Source: Eledone cirrhosa (Eukaryota). From it: a DNA stretch of 64,000 bases. Position numbers and translations under genes: made by a program. Numbering within the stretch: position 1 is the stretch's first letter; every line of letters begins with the position of its first letter. Location: NCBI GenBank assembly GCA_964016885.1, contig OZ024759.1, forward strand, positions 12,214,001 to 12,278,000. Reading direction: 5' to 3'. Under the pieces are notes generated by a model. It saw only the letters and a list, made by a program, of their open reading frames with translations, was not told the origin of the DNA and ran no database searches. Positions 50,678 to 64,000 of the stretch are shown here, in pieces.

Positions 50678-51473
50678 ATTTTTGTTGTTCCTATATATTT
50701 GTTGCTGTGCTCATAATTGTTTTGGCATTGATACACTGGTTGGATGCCCTTCCTAACACCAGTGCCACTTTACAGCATGGACTGGGTGCTTTTATTCGTG
50801 CCACCAGCACTAGAGAGGATGTCTTGCTGGACTCATGAGCCCTCTCTACCCCTCCATTTTACAGCATAGTCATAACAAAACCAAAAAAAAAAAAAAAAAC
50901 ACCACTTATTGACACTCATGGCACATACACACTCACTCATACACCAACACTCATGCATACAAACACACACTCCACTCACACACCAACACTCATGCATACA
51001 AACACACACATGCCACACACACACACACACATACATATATTACCGTCAGTACTGATACAAGATCATGTCACTGTTGACTTTTACAGTTCAGTACTTTTAT
51101 AGTAATAATTGTTTGCTTTACAGCATAGAGCAACGGCCCTCCACGCTCCAGGCCCAAAAACAAGGCCCCAGCAATGCGCTGGGACATTTGCTGCCCCGTG
51201 CCAAGAACAGAATAGTTATTACTATTATTATAGTTGTTTTCTTCTTCTTAAGGCCTGATCGCTGGTGATGGTGGTGGTGGTGGTGGATGGTGTCAGTGAT
51301 CGTGGTGGATGGTGTCAGTGATCGTGGTGGATGGTGTCAGTGATGGTAGTTGTTGTTGCTGCTGCTGCCGTTGTTGTTCATTTCACTGCTGCTGCTGCTG
51401 CAGACAATGGTGGTGTTGCTGTTGTTGTAGTCGCTGGGTTGACATTTTGAAATTTGGTCGCTTCGCGTGTGTG

Positions 51474-51518
<45 letters not shown>

Positions 51519-51715
51519 TATACACACATATATATACATGCATACACACACATTCAACACAGACAATGATGTTGCTGCTGTTGTTGTTGTAGTTGTTGTT
51601 GTTGCTGTGTTGAAATCTGGTCGCATCGACTGAAATATATATATATACACATACATATATATATGTATACATACACACACATTCAACACAGAGAAAGGAG
51701 TTTAGCAACAGGTCA

Positions 51716-51758
<43 letters not shown>

Positions 51759-52059
51759 TGGCTGCCAACTCGTTTTCGAGTACGGCCACTACTTTATATC
51801 CATGTAGGAGAACCCCTACCGATGCGCTGAACGGGTGTCTTTTTAGTCCAGCCAGCGACTTGAAAACTCTGGTACAAACACTTCACTTGTGACAATTATT
51901 GACACATAGTGCTGGGCCCATGGTACCATGTGACGACAAGTGCAGAGAGATCTCCAGATATAAAGCAATGCCTGTGCCGTGAAGCTTTTATAGTGAGCAA
52001 AGGCACTGCACAAAGCCAGTCCCACTCTCTTAACCAAGAGGATATTTACCAAAAAGAAG

Positions 52060-52097
<38 letters not shown>

Positions 52098-52845
52098 CAT
52101 ATACATATATACACACACATTCAACACAGAGAAAGGAGTTTGGCAACAGGACAGACACCTCAGTGTAGATAGGGTAAGGACTTATGTGGTGGTGATGGGG
52201 AGCGAGTGTAGATGTTATTGAGGTGGCAGGGTGCAGTGAGATGTATCAAGATCATAGTTCACTTGTCCCTTTTCCTCTCTTTTCAAAATTTGAATTTATG
52301 GCCATTTTGTAATGGGGGGCAAGTAAACGTAAAATTTAAATAGAGATTGCTCTGGAAAAATATATGGAATATTTCTGTAGCTTCCACAGCTTTTGTCAGA
52401 ACATTTCCCCGGTGTCCAATGAGCAAAAATTTTTGTTGTATTTTGATCTTTCAGAATACGAAAATTAATAAAAACATACCCCCACGAAAAACAGTGTGTT
52501 GTCCGATCTATGAGCTCCCTATATATATATATCAATAGGAAAATCTGCCTAGTAGAATCGAGATGTATCCGAGGACCGCGCGATTTCAGAGTCGGGTTTG
52601 ATCACCACATCGATCGTGCCTGGAGCTGGTCGCCCGAGAAACAATTGTAATATGTCCTGTCCAATAAATTCCTTTCGTCGCAACACTGATTCCCTTTTTT
52701 CTGTGATATCATACTCTGCTCTATGAGGGCATCGAGTGCTCATACGGCCTACTACATACGGACGCTTTAAGGATCCAACACCAATTTTCATCATCATCAT
52801 CATCACCGTTTTACGTCCGTTCTTCCACGCTAGCATGGGTTATAT

Positions 52846-53229
52846 ATCATTTCATTTTACGTCCGCTTTTCCCTGCTTGCAAGGGTGCGACGGGAACTGA
52901 TTCTGGCTTGATTTCTACAGCTGGATGGACACCCTTCCTAACACCAACCTCATTTACAATGAGTGCTGGGTGCTTTTTTTCCGTGGCGCCTACACGTCCA
53001 CTTTACAGTGAGTGCTGGGTGCTGTTTTGCCGTGGCACCTCCACGACCACTCTACAGTGGAATGATACGGACCCCAGTCCCTATCATCTCATTTCTACAG
53101 CTGAGTAAACTGGAGCAATGTGAAATAAAGTGCCTTGCTCAAGGAAACAACACATCACCCAGTCTGAGAATTGAACTCACAACCTTTCGATTGCAAGGCC
53201 AATGCTCTAACCACTAAGCCATGTGCCTC
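52846..53229 (-). mobile_element. SINE family A copy with an internal ~50-bp duplication
   Basis: Reverse complement of family A; TGAGTGCTGGGTGCT...CCGTGGC occurs twice. Confidence 0.82.
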
Positions 53230-54111
53230 CATATATATATATATATAGATAGATATATAGATAGACATACACACACAGATATACATAAAAAGCAATCAAT
53301 CAAACTGAATAATTCTACAAACTATGAATATTGCTTTGATAGAACAATATAACTTCCAATTCACAATTGGAATGTTACTACTCTTCCAGATAACAACCCT
53401 GTTACTTTGACCTACTATTTAACTAGATAATGGATATATATTATTTGTTGTTGAATGTTTTATATTGACAGTGTTGGGTCAGTGGCCTTATCCTACTTAT
53501 CTAGCCAGAAACAGGTTCTGTACGAGCAGGATATGGTCACAACCCGTCTAACCCATGCTAGTGTGGAAGGTGAATGGTGATGATGATGATTGTATTAATG
53601 GTTTGGGATTTTAATTAAACTTGATGATTTGTGCTAACTAATAACAAATTGTCAAATAAAATAAGTTGCTGTTGGTGGTATATTTCTCTGGGAAGAAACA
53701 AGTGTTCTGGTTGATCTGATCAATGGAATAGCCTGCCAGTGAAATTAAAATGCAAGTGGCTGAGCATTCCACAGTACCCTTACCGTAGTTCTCAGGGAGA
53801 TTCAGTGTGACACAATGGGACAAGATTGACTATTCGAATTACAGGTACAACTCATTTTTGCCAGCTGAGTGGACTGGAGCAACATGAAATAAATTGTCTT
53901 GTTCAGGACAAAACGGGCAGCTGAGAATCAAACTCACAACCTTACGATTGTGAACCGAATACCAAAACAGGCTTTGTCTAGTTTCCCGTCTAGTAAATTC
54001 ACTCCCATGGTATTTGTTATTCCATAGCTAGATGCCCTTCCTAACACTAACCACATTATAGTGTAGAACAGGATGGAACCGTTATGAGAAGGGACAGGCC
54101 AGTTGGCCATG

Positions 54112-54815
54112 CCAAACTTTTCTCATAGCAGAGCCATATTTTGGGAGCTGGGTGGTCTCATTATGTGGAAGGTCTAGCCCCTTGGCTGTGTCAAACCTTT
54201 CTCATAACATCCATATTTTGGGAGCTGGGTGGTCTCATTATGTGGAAGGTCTAGCCCCTTGGCTGTGTCAAACCTTTCTCATAACATCCATATTTTGGGA
54301 GCTGGGTGGTCTCATTATGTGGAAGGTCTAGCCCCTTGGCTGTGTCAAACCTTTCTCATAACATCCATATTTTGGGAGCTGAGTGGTCTCATTATGTGGA
54401 AGGTCTAGCCCCTTGGCTGTGTCAAACCTTTCTCATAACATCCATATTTTGGGAGCTGAGTGGTCTCATTATGTGGAAGGTCTAGCCCCTTGGCTGTGTC
54501 AAACCTTTCTCATAACATCCATAATTTGGGAGCTGAGTGGTCTCATTATGTGGAAGGTCTAGCCCCTTGGCTGTGTCAAACCTTTCTCATAACAGCCATA
54601 TTTTGGGAGCCAGGTGGTCTCATGAGGTGGGAGGTCTAGCCCCTTGGTTGTGCCAAACCTTTTGCATAACAGCCATATTTTGGGAGCTGGGTGATCCCAT
54701 TATATGGAAGGTCTGGCTCCTTGGCTGTGCCAAACCTTTCTCATAACAGCCATATTTTGGGAGCTTGGTGGTCCCATTATGTGGAAGGTCTGGCCCCTTG
54801 GCTGTGCCAAACCTT
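54112..54815. repeat. 77-bp minisatellite, ~9 copies
   Basis: Unit AAACCTTTCTCATAACATCCATATTTTGGGAGCTG...CCCCTTGGCTGTGTC. Confidence 0.95.
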
Positions 54816-55290
54816 ACATCAGAAGACAGTGAAAACAACAATACAATAACAAGTGGGTGCCTATTCAGCTTTTCCTTTCATCCTTCAGTCACTTCTCTCA
54901 CTCACTTAATTGTACTTAATGAATATTTAACGAGCAAGCTAATAGCTGGAGATCTGTAAATTGATAACTAAATGAACAGAGTTGATCGTCAGGTCAGATC
55001 AGACCAAAGAAACAATGGTTTCCATTGGTATTTCCATTAGTAGTGATACTACCTCTCAGTCACAACTCCTGGCAACAACAAGCTCCCACTATTGACTCAT
55101 GGAGACTCAACTTTGAATAACATATGTGTGTATATGTATATATGCACTCGATAGAATGTATGACTATGCAAGTGAGATGCAAACACCTCGGTTTATCTGG
55201 GGGGTCAGTAACCCAGCTTCAGTTCTGACTTAGTCTATGTAGACCTATCCAACCATTGCAAGCAGGGAAAGCAGATGTTAAGCGATGATG

Positions 55291-55320
<30 letters not shown>

Positions 55321-55321
<1 letters not shown>

Positions 55322-56022
55322 CGATATTAAACAAATGGAAACTATATTTATAAAACCATATTTATTTCATTATACATATTTCGGGGATACCATATTAAAA
55401 ATATGGCATGCCTTCGTCAGATAAAATACAATATATAAACAGTTTTATAAATAATTTTGACGTACCATAAATATGAGCGACCATTATGTAGGAAGTTGGT
55501 TTGGTAGTGAAGTGTTTATAAATATTTAGTGTTAAGCACAGTTATAAAGAAAGACGGAGAAAAAGGAATCCCTCTTGAGACAATATTCCAAAACATCGAA
55601 TACCCAACGTTATCACGTTTAAGTTGCCAGAGTAAGCCTGATAGTGAAGTTGAAGATTTTTTGTTTGGATCTGTGAAAGAATTCTTATGATTATTGTAGC
55701 GAAGTTTAAATTCTGTCGAGGTGGAACCAACATAGTTGAAAGAATTTAAGTTAGTTTTAACATTACAATTGTATATTATATTTTTAACTAAGCAATTGTT
55801 ATTTAACAGACATTTAGATTTATTTCTACAGTTACAGTTGTTTAATTGAATATTGTTTGGGTTATTATTGGTATTTTGGTTAGGTTTTAAATTCCTATTA
55901 TTTATTCTGTTAATATTTTGTGCTAAATTTTTGGTGGACGAGTAAGTTAATTTTATGTCTGAAATATGTATAATGAAATAAATATGGTTTTATAAATATA
56001 GTTTCCATTTGTTTAATATCGT
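55321..56022 (-). mobile_element. Penelope-like element 3' fragment (Naiad-type GIY-YIG) with hammerhead-bearing repeat and 62-bp inverted ends
   Basis: Minus strand NCNCRNKSKCLLNNNCLVKNIIYNC...NYVGSTSTEFKLRYNNHKNSF...STSLSGLLWQLK...MFWNI; 55321-55382 is the reverse complement of 55961-56022. Confidence 0.85.
55367..55424 (-). ncRNA. Type I hammerhead-like motif in Penelope-like terminal repeat
   Basis: UUAU-CUGACGA-AGGCAUGCCAU...AUGGUAUCCCC-GAAA-UAUGUA-UA^-AUGA, downstream of the GIY-YIG remnant. Confidence 0.7.
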
Positions 56023-57052
56023 ATATCTACTCCAAAAACTTGTCGAGTGCTTTATATCAGTTATAAAATATTTACTTGTTGTAACCCAACAATTTTAAAT
56101 AAAACTTTTGCATATATATATATATCATTTCTGAATTTGTTTAGCAAGATTCTTTATCTGAAAACGTGTGTTGAAACCTATATTGTTATACTTTGGGAGG
56201 GTCATGTTGCCAATAAGAAACACATGCACCAGTTGCTTTCACTCCAATTTATTATAAATTAAATTTATAAATTTCCGGTTGGGTGGTTGGTTCCACAACC
56301 GGACGTTTGTTCATATATTATCAAAGTTCTTTCGTCACACATTCTGTGACCTTTTCAGTGACTGGGGATTCTTTTCTTTGTTTTTGTGCCTCTCCTTTGT
56401 TCTGTCCTACGCAAGATGGCGTAGGACAGAACAAAGGAGATATATATACATATTTATTAAAATAACAGATTAAAGTCTAAGCAAAGAATCGCTGCTTTCA
56501 CCCTTAACGGAATCTTCTGAAACTAAAAAAAAATCAATCTGTGGATGCAGAAGTAAATATTTCTAAAAACGTTGCAACCGAAGGAAAACAGGAAGATATA
56601 TATATAATCTTCTTCGTCTTCGCCCACTTATTCCTGAGAGGGTCGTGGGAGCAGAGTCCTCAAACACTCCTTCCAGCGGGTCCTGTCAGAAGCAACTGTC
56701 TTCAACTGATCCAGCTGGATCTCCAAGCGAGACCAGCTAAGCTCATGGATGTTATCCAACCATCTTGCTCAGGGTTTAGCCCTGGGTCTACTGCCAGTTG
56801 GTTTTACCTGTAAAATCTGTCCAGTGATTCCTTCCTGAGACATTCTAACCACATGTCCATAGTATCGGCGCTGTGATCTCCCACCTGGAGTGACTCTCTG
56901 ATCTAGGCACTCTATCGAGTAATGTCACTCCAAGACCCTTCAGTGGAACCCCTTTTCAGCTGTTTGTATTCATGATTGTATTCTTTTGGTTATTACCCAA
57001 GATTTATGACCATAGGTAAGGGTTGGCATGAAAACCAAATTGAAAATATAAT

Positions 57053-57236
57053 ACAGGTAAAATTCCGTTATAACGAATACCATTATAATGAATTTTTCAG
57101 TATAATGAAATTTTTTTCAATCCCAGAGGTAATAACAAACACTAGATTTATTTCGGTCGATCTCATTATTATGAATTTTTCTTTACAACGAATACTTTTC
57201 TATACCCCTTGAATTTCGTTATAACAGAATTTCACT
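57053..57236. mobile_element. pogo/Tigger-like MITE
   Basis: TA|CAGGTAAAATTCCGTTATAACGAA ... TTCGTTATAACAGAATTTCAC inverted ends with repeated TATAA(C/T)GAA motifs. Confidence 0.6.
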
Positions 57237-57303
57237 TATTTTATTATAAAAATAAAATGTTGTTTTCTGTTAATTCTAAAACATTTTTCTGTTTTTATTC
57301 CAG

Positions 57304-57425
57304 CCAATCGAGAATTTATTGAACATCGCAGGAAATCGTTACGTCGCTATCTTAATATTATTGGTCGACATCCCCGTATGCATAATGATAAATTATTCGA
57401 ATGTTTTCTTACTTTTGTTGGTTCG
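57304..57425 (+). CDS. SNX8: SNX8-like exon 6 (PX domain C-terminal helices)
   Basis: TTTTATTCCAG| acceptor; ANREFIEHRRKSLRRYLNIIGRHPRMHNDKLFECFLTFVGS (FIExRRxxL...HP...FL PX motif); donor TCG|GTAAGT. Confidence 0.93.
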
Positions 57426-58438
57426 GTAAGTTAAAAATATTTGACCTTTTACCATTCACATTACTCTATTGTATTTTCACAATAAACACTTTACCTCACA
57501 TAATTATCTCACATAACATTGAATCTATGAGATTTTGATATTATTTATTTTGAGAACAATACCTTAACATCAGTATGAGTGGCTGGTTATGGCTGGTTTG
57601 AACAGAAAGAGGTGAGAGAATTCTGGCCAGATATGGCTGGTTTAAATGTTAAAGAGTTAATATATTTTTTGTTTGTTTGTTTCTTCTTTGACTGCTCCCA
57701 AGATTCTCCCAGGAATCTTGGGAGCAGTCAAAGAAGAAACATTCCTGGGAGAATCTTGGGAGCAGTCCTCAATTATTCCAGCAGGTCATGTCAGAATAAA
57801 CTATCTCCAAATTCTGGCTGTATCTTCAAGCGAAACCAGCCGAGTTCATGGCTGCTTGCATATCATTTATATTTTGAATTCTTCTTCTTTGCCCTCTCAT
57901 TCCTGTGAGGGCTTTGGGGGCAGAGTCCTCAGCGCATGTTTTCTTGCACCGGGTCCTATCAGAAGCAACCATCGCCAACTGATCTGGCTGGATCTCCAAG
58001 TGAAAACTGAGACACATGTCCTCTCAGGGAAGCCTACGCAGTGTACCCAACTTGTAAATGGAGTTCCACTGAAGCAGGTAGAGGAGTTCAAGTATCTCTC
58101 GGGGCTGTGTTCATGAGTGATGGAAGGCAGGAGGCTGAATTAAGTGCAAGGATTGCAGGAGTTGGTGCAGCATTCAGTAATCAGAAGAAGGGAGCTAGGT
58201 GTAAAGGCCAAACTGCTGTCTTCAATTTGGTATTCGTGCCAACCCTTATCTATGGCCATGAATTTGGGGTAATGACTGAAAGAATACAATCGTGAATACA
58301 AGCGGCCAAAACGGGGTTCCTCTGAAGGGTCTTTGGAGTAAATTTACTATCAGAAGCAACTGTCTCTAATTGATCCAGCTGGGTCCTATTGCTCATTTCT
58401 CTTAGGTTTTGTGTATCTTCTGCATTTACCATCCATGT

Positions 58439-58469
<31 letters not shown>

Positions 58470-58489
58470 TACTGTGTAACATCACATTT

Positions 58490-60440
58490 CTCACACACAC
58501 ACTACCACATAACAACACACATCTCACTCACACACACACTACCACATAACAACACACATCTCACTCACACACACACTACCACATAACAACACACATCTCA
58601 CTCACACACACACTACCACATAATAACACACATCTCACTCACACACACACTACCACATAACAACACACATCTCACTCACACACACACTACCACATAACAA
58701 CACACATCTCACTCACACACACACTACCACATAACAACACACATCTCACTCACACACACACTACCACATAACAACACACATCTCACTCACACACACACTA
58801 CCACATAATAACACACATCTCACTCACACACACACTACCACATAACAACACACATCTCACTCACACACACACTACCACATAATAACACACATCTCACTCA
58901 CACACACACTACCACATAACAACACACATCTCACTCACACACACACTACCACATAACAACACACATCTCACTCACACACACACTACCACATAACAACACA
59001 CATCTCACTCACACACACACTACCACATAATAACACACATCTCACTCACACACACACTACCACATAACAACACACATCTCACTCACACACACACTACCAC
59101 ATAACAACACACATCTCACTCACACACACACTACCACATAACAACACACATCTCACTCACACACACACTACCACATAACAACACACATCTCACTCACACA
59201 CACACTACCACATAACAACACACATCTCACTCACACACACACTACCACATAACAACACACATCTCACTCACACACACACTACCACATAACAACACACATC
59301 TCACTCACACACACACTACCACATAACAACACACATCTCACTCACACACACACTACCACATAATAACACACATCTCACTCACACACACACTACCACATAA
59401 CAACACACATCTCACTCACACACACACTACCACATAATAACACACATCTCACTCACACACACACTACCACATAACAACACACATCTCACTCACACACACA
59501 CTACCACATAACAACACACATCTCACTCACACACACACTACCACATAACAACACACATCTCACTCACACACACACTACCACATAACAACACACATCTCAC
59601 TCACACATCTCACTCACACACACACTACCACATAACAACACACATCTCACTCACACACACACTACCACATAACAACACACATAACAACACACATCTCACT
59701 CACACTATACACTACCATGTAACATTACACTTCTCACACAGACACACACTACCATATAACAACATACATCTCACACACACACACACACACTACCACAACA
59801 ACACACATCGCACTCACACTATACACTACCATGTAACATTACACTTCTCGCACACACACACACTACCATATAACAACACACATCACACACACACACACTA
59901 CCACATAACAACACACATCTCACTCACACTATACACTACCATGTAACATTACACTTCTCGCACACACACACACTACCATATAACAACACACATCTCACAC
60001 ACACACACACACTACCACATAACAACACACATCTCACACTATACACTACCATGTAACATTACACTTCTCGCACACACACACACTACCATATAACAACACA
60101 CATCTCACACACACACACACTACCACATAACAACACACATCTCACACTATACACTACCATGTAACATTACACTTCTCGCACACACACACACTACCATATA
60201 ACAACACACATCTCACACACACACACACTACCACATAACAACACACATCTCACTCACACTATACACTACCATGTAACATTACACTTCTCACACAGACACA
60301 CACTACCATATAACAACACACATCTCACACACACACACACTACCATATAACAACACACATCTCACACACACACACACACTACCACATAACAACACACATC
60401 TCACACTATACACTACCATGTAGCATTACACTTCTCACAC
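58490..60440. repeat. 37-bp CA-rich minisatellite followed by a higher-order derivative
   Basis: Unit CTACCACATAACAACACACATCTCACTCACACACACA to ~59690, then longer composite units containing CTACCATGTAACATTACACTTCTC. Confidence 0.95.
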
Positions 60441-60882
60441 AGACATCAGACAACTGGCTCTTTGTAGATGGACATTTTTTACATCTATATATAAATTTCT
60501 GCAATTCTGTCACAACTACCTCATACTACTCCTCTCTCTTTTTACGTCTGCTGCGTGAATGTATGTGTGTGTAAAAGGAAGGAAGGGGATGGTGATAAAA
60601 TTACGCTGTGTCTGAGTGTTTGTGTGAATGTATGTGTGTGTTTATGTGAATGTATGTCTGCGAGTGTGTATTTTTGTAAGTGTGTCTGTTGTTGGCGCGT
60701 TTATATTTATATACTCATACCTATAAATGTATGCACATACACATACACTCATGCACAAACATATACACATATGCATCAGTGTATGGAACAAAATTTTAGT
60801 TCTTTTAAATTTCCAAAATGTCTGAAAAAATAAACCCAAAGATAAAACTACCTTTTAAAATTTTGTTCTTCTCCACCGACAG

Positions 60883-60963
60883 GACGTCCAGACAAAACTC
60901 CGTGAACAGTTTCGTGGAATTCCCGATGAATTCATGACCAGTAACTTGGCAGACAAAGCCAAG
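60883..60963 (+). CDS. SNX8: SNX8-like exon 7 (PX-BAR linker); gene continues beyond window
   Basis: CTTCTCCACCGACAG| acceptor; DVQTKLREQFRGIPDEFMTSNLADKAK; donor AAG|GTAAGG; phase 0/0. Confidence 0.88.
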
Positions 60964-61034
60964 GTAAGGTGTTTACTTGTTAACCAACTTCATAACATTT
61001 TACTTTAACACTTTAGCATTTACAAAGTGGTAGA

Positions 61035-64000
61035 CACTGTAAAATTGTGTTGTAGGTCTGTTACAACAAAAAACACCCAGTCCTCACTGTAAAGTTGTAG
61101 TGTAGGTCTGTTACAACAAAAGACACCCAGTCCTCACTGTAAAGTTGTAGTGTAGGTGTGTTACAACAAAAGACACCCAGTCCTCACTGTAAAGTTGTGT
61201 TGTAGGTCTGTTACAACAAAAAATACCCAGTCCTCACTGTAAAATTGTGTTGTAGGTGTGTTACAACAAAAAACACCCAGTCCCCACTGTAAAGTTGTAG
61301 TGTAGGTGTACAACAAAAAACACCCAGTCCTCACTGTAAAATTGTGTTGTAGGTGTGTTACAACAAAAAACACCCAGTCCTCACTGTAAAGTTGTAGTGT
61401 AGGTGTGTTACAACAAAAAACACCCAGTCCTCACTGTAAAATTGTGTTGTAGGTGTGTTACAACAAAAAACACCCAGTCCTCACTGTAAAATTGTGTTGT
61501 AGGTGTGTTACAACAAAAAACACCCAGTCCTCACTGTAAAATTGTGTTGTAGGTCTGTTACAACAAAAAACACCCAGTCCTCACTGTAAAATTGTGTTGT
61601 AGGTCTGTTACAACAAAAAACACCCAGTCCCCACTGTAAAGTTGTAGTGTAGGTGTACAACAAAAGACACCCAGTCCTCACTGTAAAGTTGTAGTTTAGG
61701 TGTGTTACAACAAAAAACACCCAGTCCCCACTGTAAAGTTGTAGTGTAGGTGTGTTACAACAAAAGACACCCAGTCCTCACTGTAAAATTGTAGTGTAGG
61801 TGTGTTACAACAAAAGACACCCAGTCCTCACTGTAAAGTTGTAGTGTAGGTCTGTTACAACAAAAAACACCCAGTCCTCACTGTAAAATTGTGTTGTAGG
61901 TCTGTTACAACAAAAAATACCCAGTCCTCACTGTAAAGTTGTGTTGTAGGTGTGTTGCAACAAAAAACACCCAGTCCTCACTGTAAAATTGTGTTGTAGG
62001 TCTGTTACAACAAAAAATACCCAGTCCTCACTGTAAAGTTGTAGTGTAGGTGTGTTACAACAAAAAATACCCAGTCCTCACTGTAAAGTTGTGTTGTAGG
62101 TGTGTTACAACAAAAAACACCCAGTCCCCACTGTAAAGTTGTAGTGTAGGTCTGTTACAACAAAAGACACCCAGTCCTCACTGTAAAATTGTAGTGTAGG
62201 TGTGTTACAACAAAAGACACCCAGTCCTCACTGTAAAGTTGTAGTGTAGGTCTGTTACAACAAAAAACACCCAGTCCTCACTGTAAAATTGTGTTGTAGG
62301 TCTGTTACAACAAAAGTACCCAGTCCTCACTGTAAAGTTGTGTTGTAGGTGTGTTGCAACAAAAAACACCCAGTCCTCACTGTAAAATTGTGTTGTAGGT
62401 CTGTTACAACAAAAAATACCCAGTCCTCACTGTAAAGTTGTAGTGTAGGTGTGTTACAACAAAAAATACCCAGTCCTCACTGTAAAGTTGTGTTGTAGGT
62501 GTGTTACAACAAAAGACACCCAGTCCTCACTGTAAAGTTGTGTTGTAGGTGTGTTACAACAAAAGACACCCAGTCCTCACTGTAAAGTTGTGTTGTAGGT
62601 GTGTTACAACAAAAGACACCCAGTCCTCACTGTAAAATTGTAGTGTAGGTGTGTTACAACAAAAAACACCCAGTCCTCACTGTAAAGTTGTAGTGTAGGT
62701 GTGTTACAACAAAAGACACCCAGTCCTCACTGTAAAATTGTAGTGTAGGTGTGTTACAACAAAAAACACCCAGTCCTCACTGTAAAGTTGTGTTGTAGGT
62801 GTGTTACAACAAAAAACACCCAGTCCTCACTGTAAAGTTGTAGTGTAGGTGTACAACAAAAAACACCCAGTCCTCACTGTAAAGTTGTGTTGTAGGTGTG
62901 TTACAACAAAAAACACCCAGTCCCCACTGTAAAATTGTGTTGTAGGTCTGTTACAACAAAAAACACCCAGTCCTCACTGTAAAATTGTAGTGTAGGTCTG
63001 TTACAACAAAAAACACCCAGTCCTCACTGTAAAGTTGTAGTGTCGGTGTGTTACAACAAAAAACACCCAGTCCTCACTGTAAAGTTGTAGTGTAGGTCTG
63101 TTACAACAAAAAACACCCAGTCCTCACTGTAAAGTTGTAGTGTAGGTGTGTTACAACAAAAGACACCCAGTCCTCACTGTAAAATTGTAGTGTAGGTGTG
63201 TTACAACAAAAAACACCCAGTCCTCACTGTAAAGTTGTAGTGTAGGTGTGTTACAACAAAAGACACCCAGTCCTCACTGTAAAATTGTAGTGTAGGTGTG
63301 TTACAACAAAAAACACCCAGTCCTCACTGTAAAGTTGTGTTGTAGGTCTGTTACAACAAAAAACACCCAGTCCTCACTGTAAAGTTGTAGTGTAGGTGTA
63401 CAACAAAAGACACCCAGTCCTCACTGTAAAATTGTGTTGTAGGTGTGTTACAACAAAAGACACCCAGTCCTCACTGTAAAGTTGTAGTGTAGGTCTGTTA
63501 CAACAAAAAACACCCAGTCCTCACTGTAAAGTTGTAGTGTAGGTGTACAACAAAAAACACCCAGTCCTCACTGTAAAGTTGTAGTGTAGGTGTACAACAA
63601 AAGACACCCAGTCCTCACTGTAAAATTGTGTTGTAGGTGTGTTACAACAAAAGACACCCAGTCCTCACTGTAAAGTTGTAGTGTAGGTCTGTTACAACAA
63701 AAAACACCCAGTCCTCACTGTAAAGTTGTAGTGTAGGTGTACAACAAAAGACACCCAGTCCTCACTGTAAAGTTGTAGTGTAGGTGTACAACAAAAAACA
63801 CCCAGTCCTCACTGTAAAGTTGTAGTGTAGGTGTACAACAAAAGACACCCAGTCCTCACTGTAAAGTTGTAGTGTAGGTGTGTTACAACAAAAGACACCC
63901 AGTCCTCACTGTAAAGTTGTAGTGTAGGTGTGTTACAACAAAAAACACCCAGTCCTCACTGTAAAGTTGTAGTGTAGGTGTACAACAAAAAACACCCAGT
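61035..64000. repeat. 50-bp minisatellite, ~59 copies, runs off window; SINE-derived
   Basis: Unit CACTGTAAAGTTGTAGTGTAGGTGTGTTACAACAAAAAACACCCAGTCCT. Confidence 0.97.

Overview
Eukaryotic, very repeat-rich animal genomic DNA. The SINE families, (TA)n/(GAT)n microsatellites and huge introns suggest a coleoid cephalopod such as Octopus (inference). The only host gene I can support is the 5' part of a + strand sorting nexin 8 (SNX8/Mvp1-like) gene. Its seven GT-AG exons (2940-60963) splice in frame to MSSDLSC(A)GSVPPLYREIYDILCP...IWDAVDIKTG...VELVPEKKGLILKHVEY...VLRRYNDF...RFPYRMIPRLPPKK...DKAK, i.e. an EH-like N-terminus plus a PX domain; the BAR domain should lie beyond the window. The introns hold a near full-length L1/Tx1-type LINE (intact 1145-aa ORF2, frameshifted ORF1) nested inside a tandem array within a TTAA-flanked piggyBac-type MITE. 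They also hold an internally deleted mariner, CR1/RTE/R4/Penelope-like fragments, two tRNA-type SINE families and over a dozen minisatellites, several clearly amplified from pieces of transposons. A dense set of type I hammerhead-ribozyme motifs from several unrelated Penelope-like/retrozyme-like families is present, often inside long palindromes. Most long ORFs in the ORF track are artefacts of simple or tandem repeats. All calls are by eye; no searches were run.
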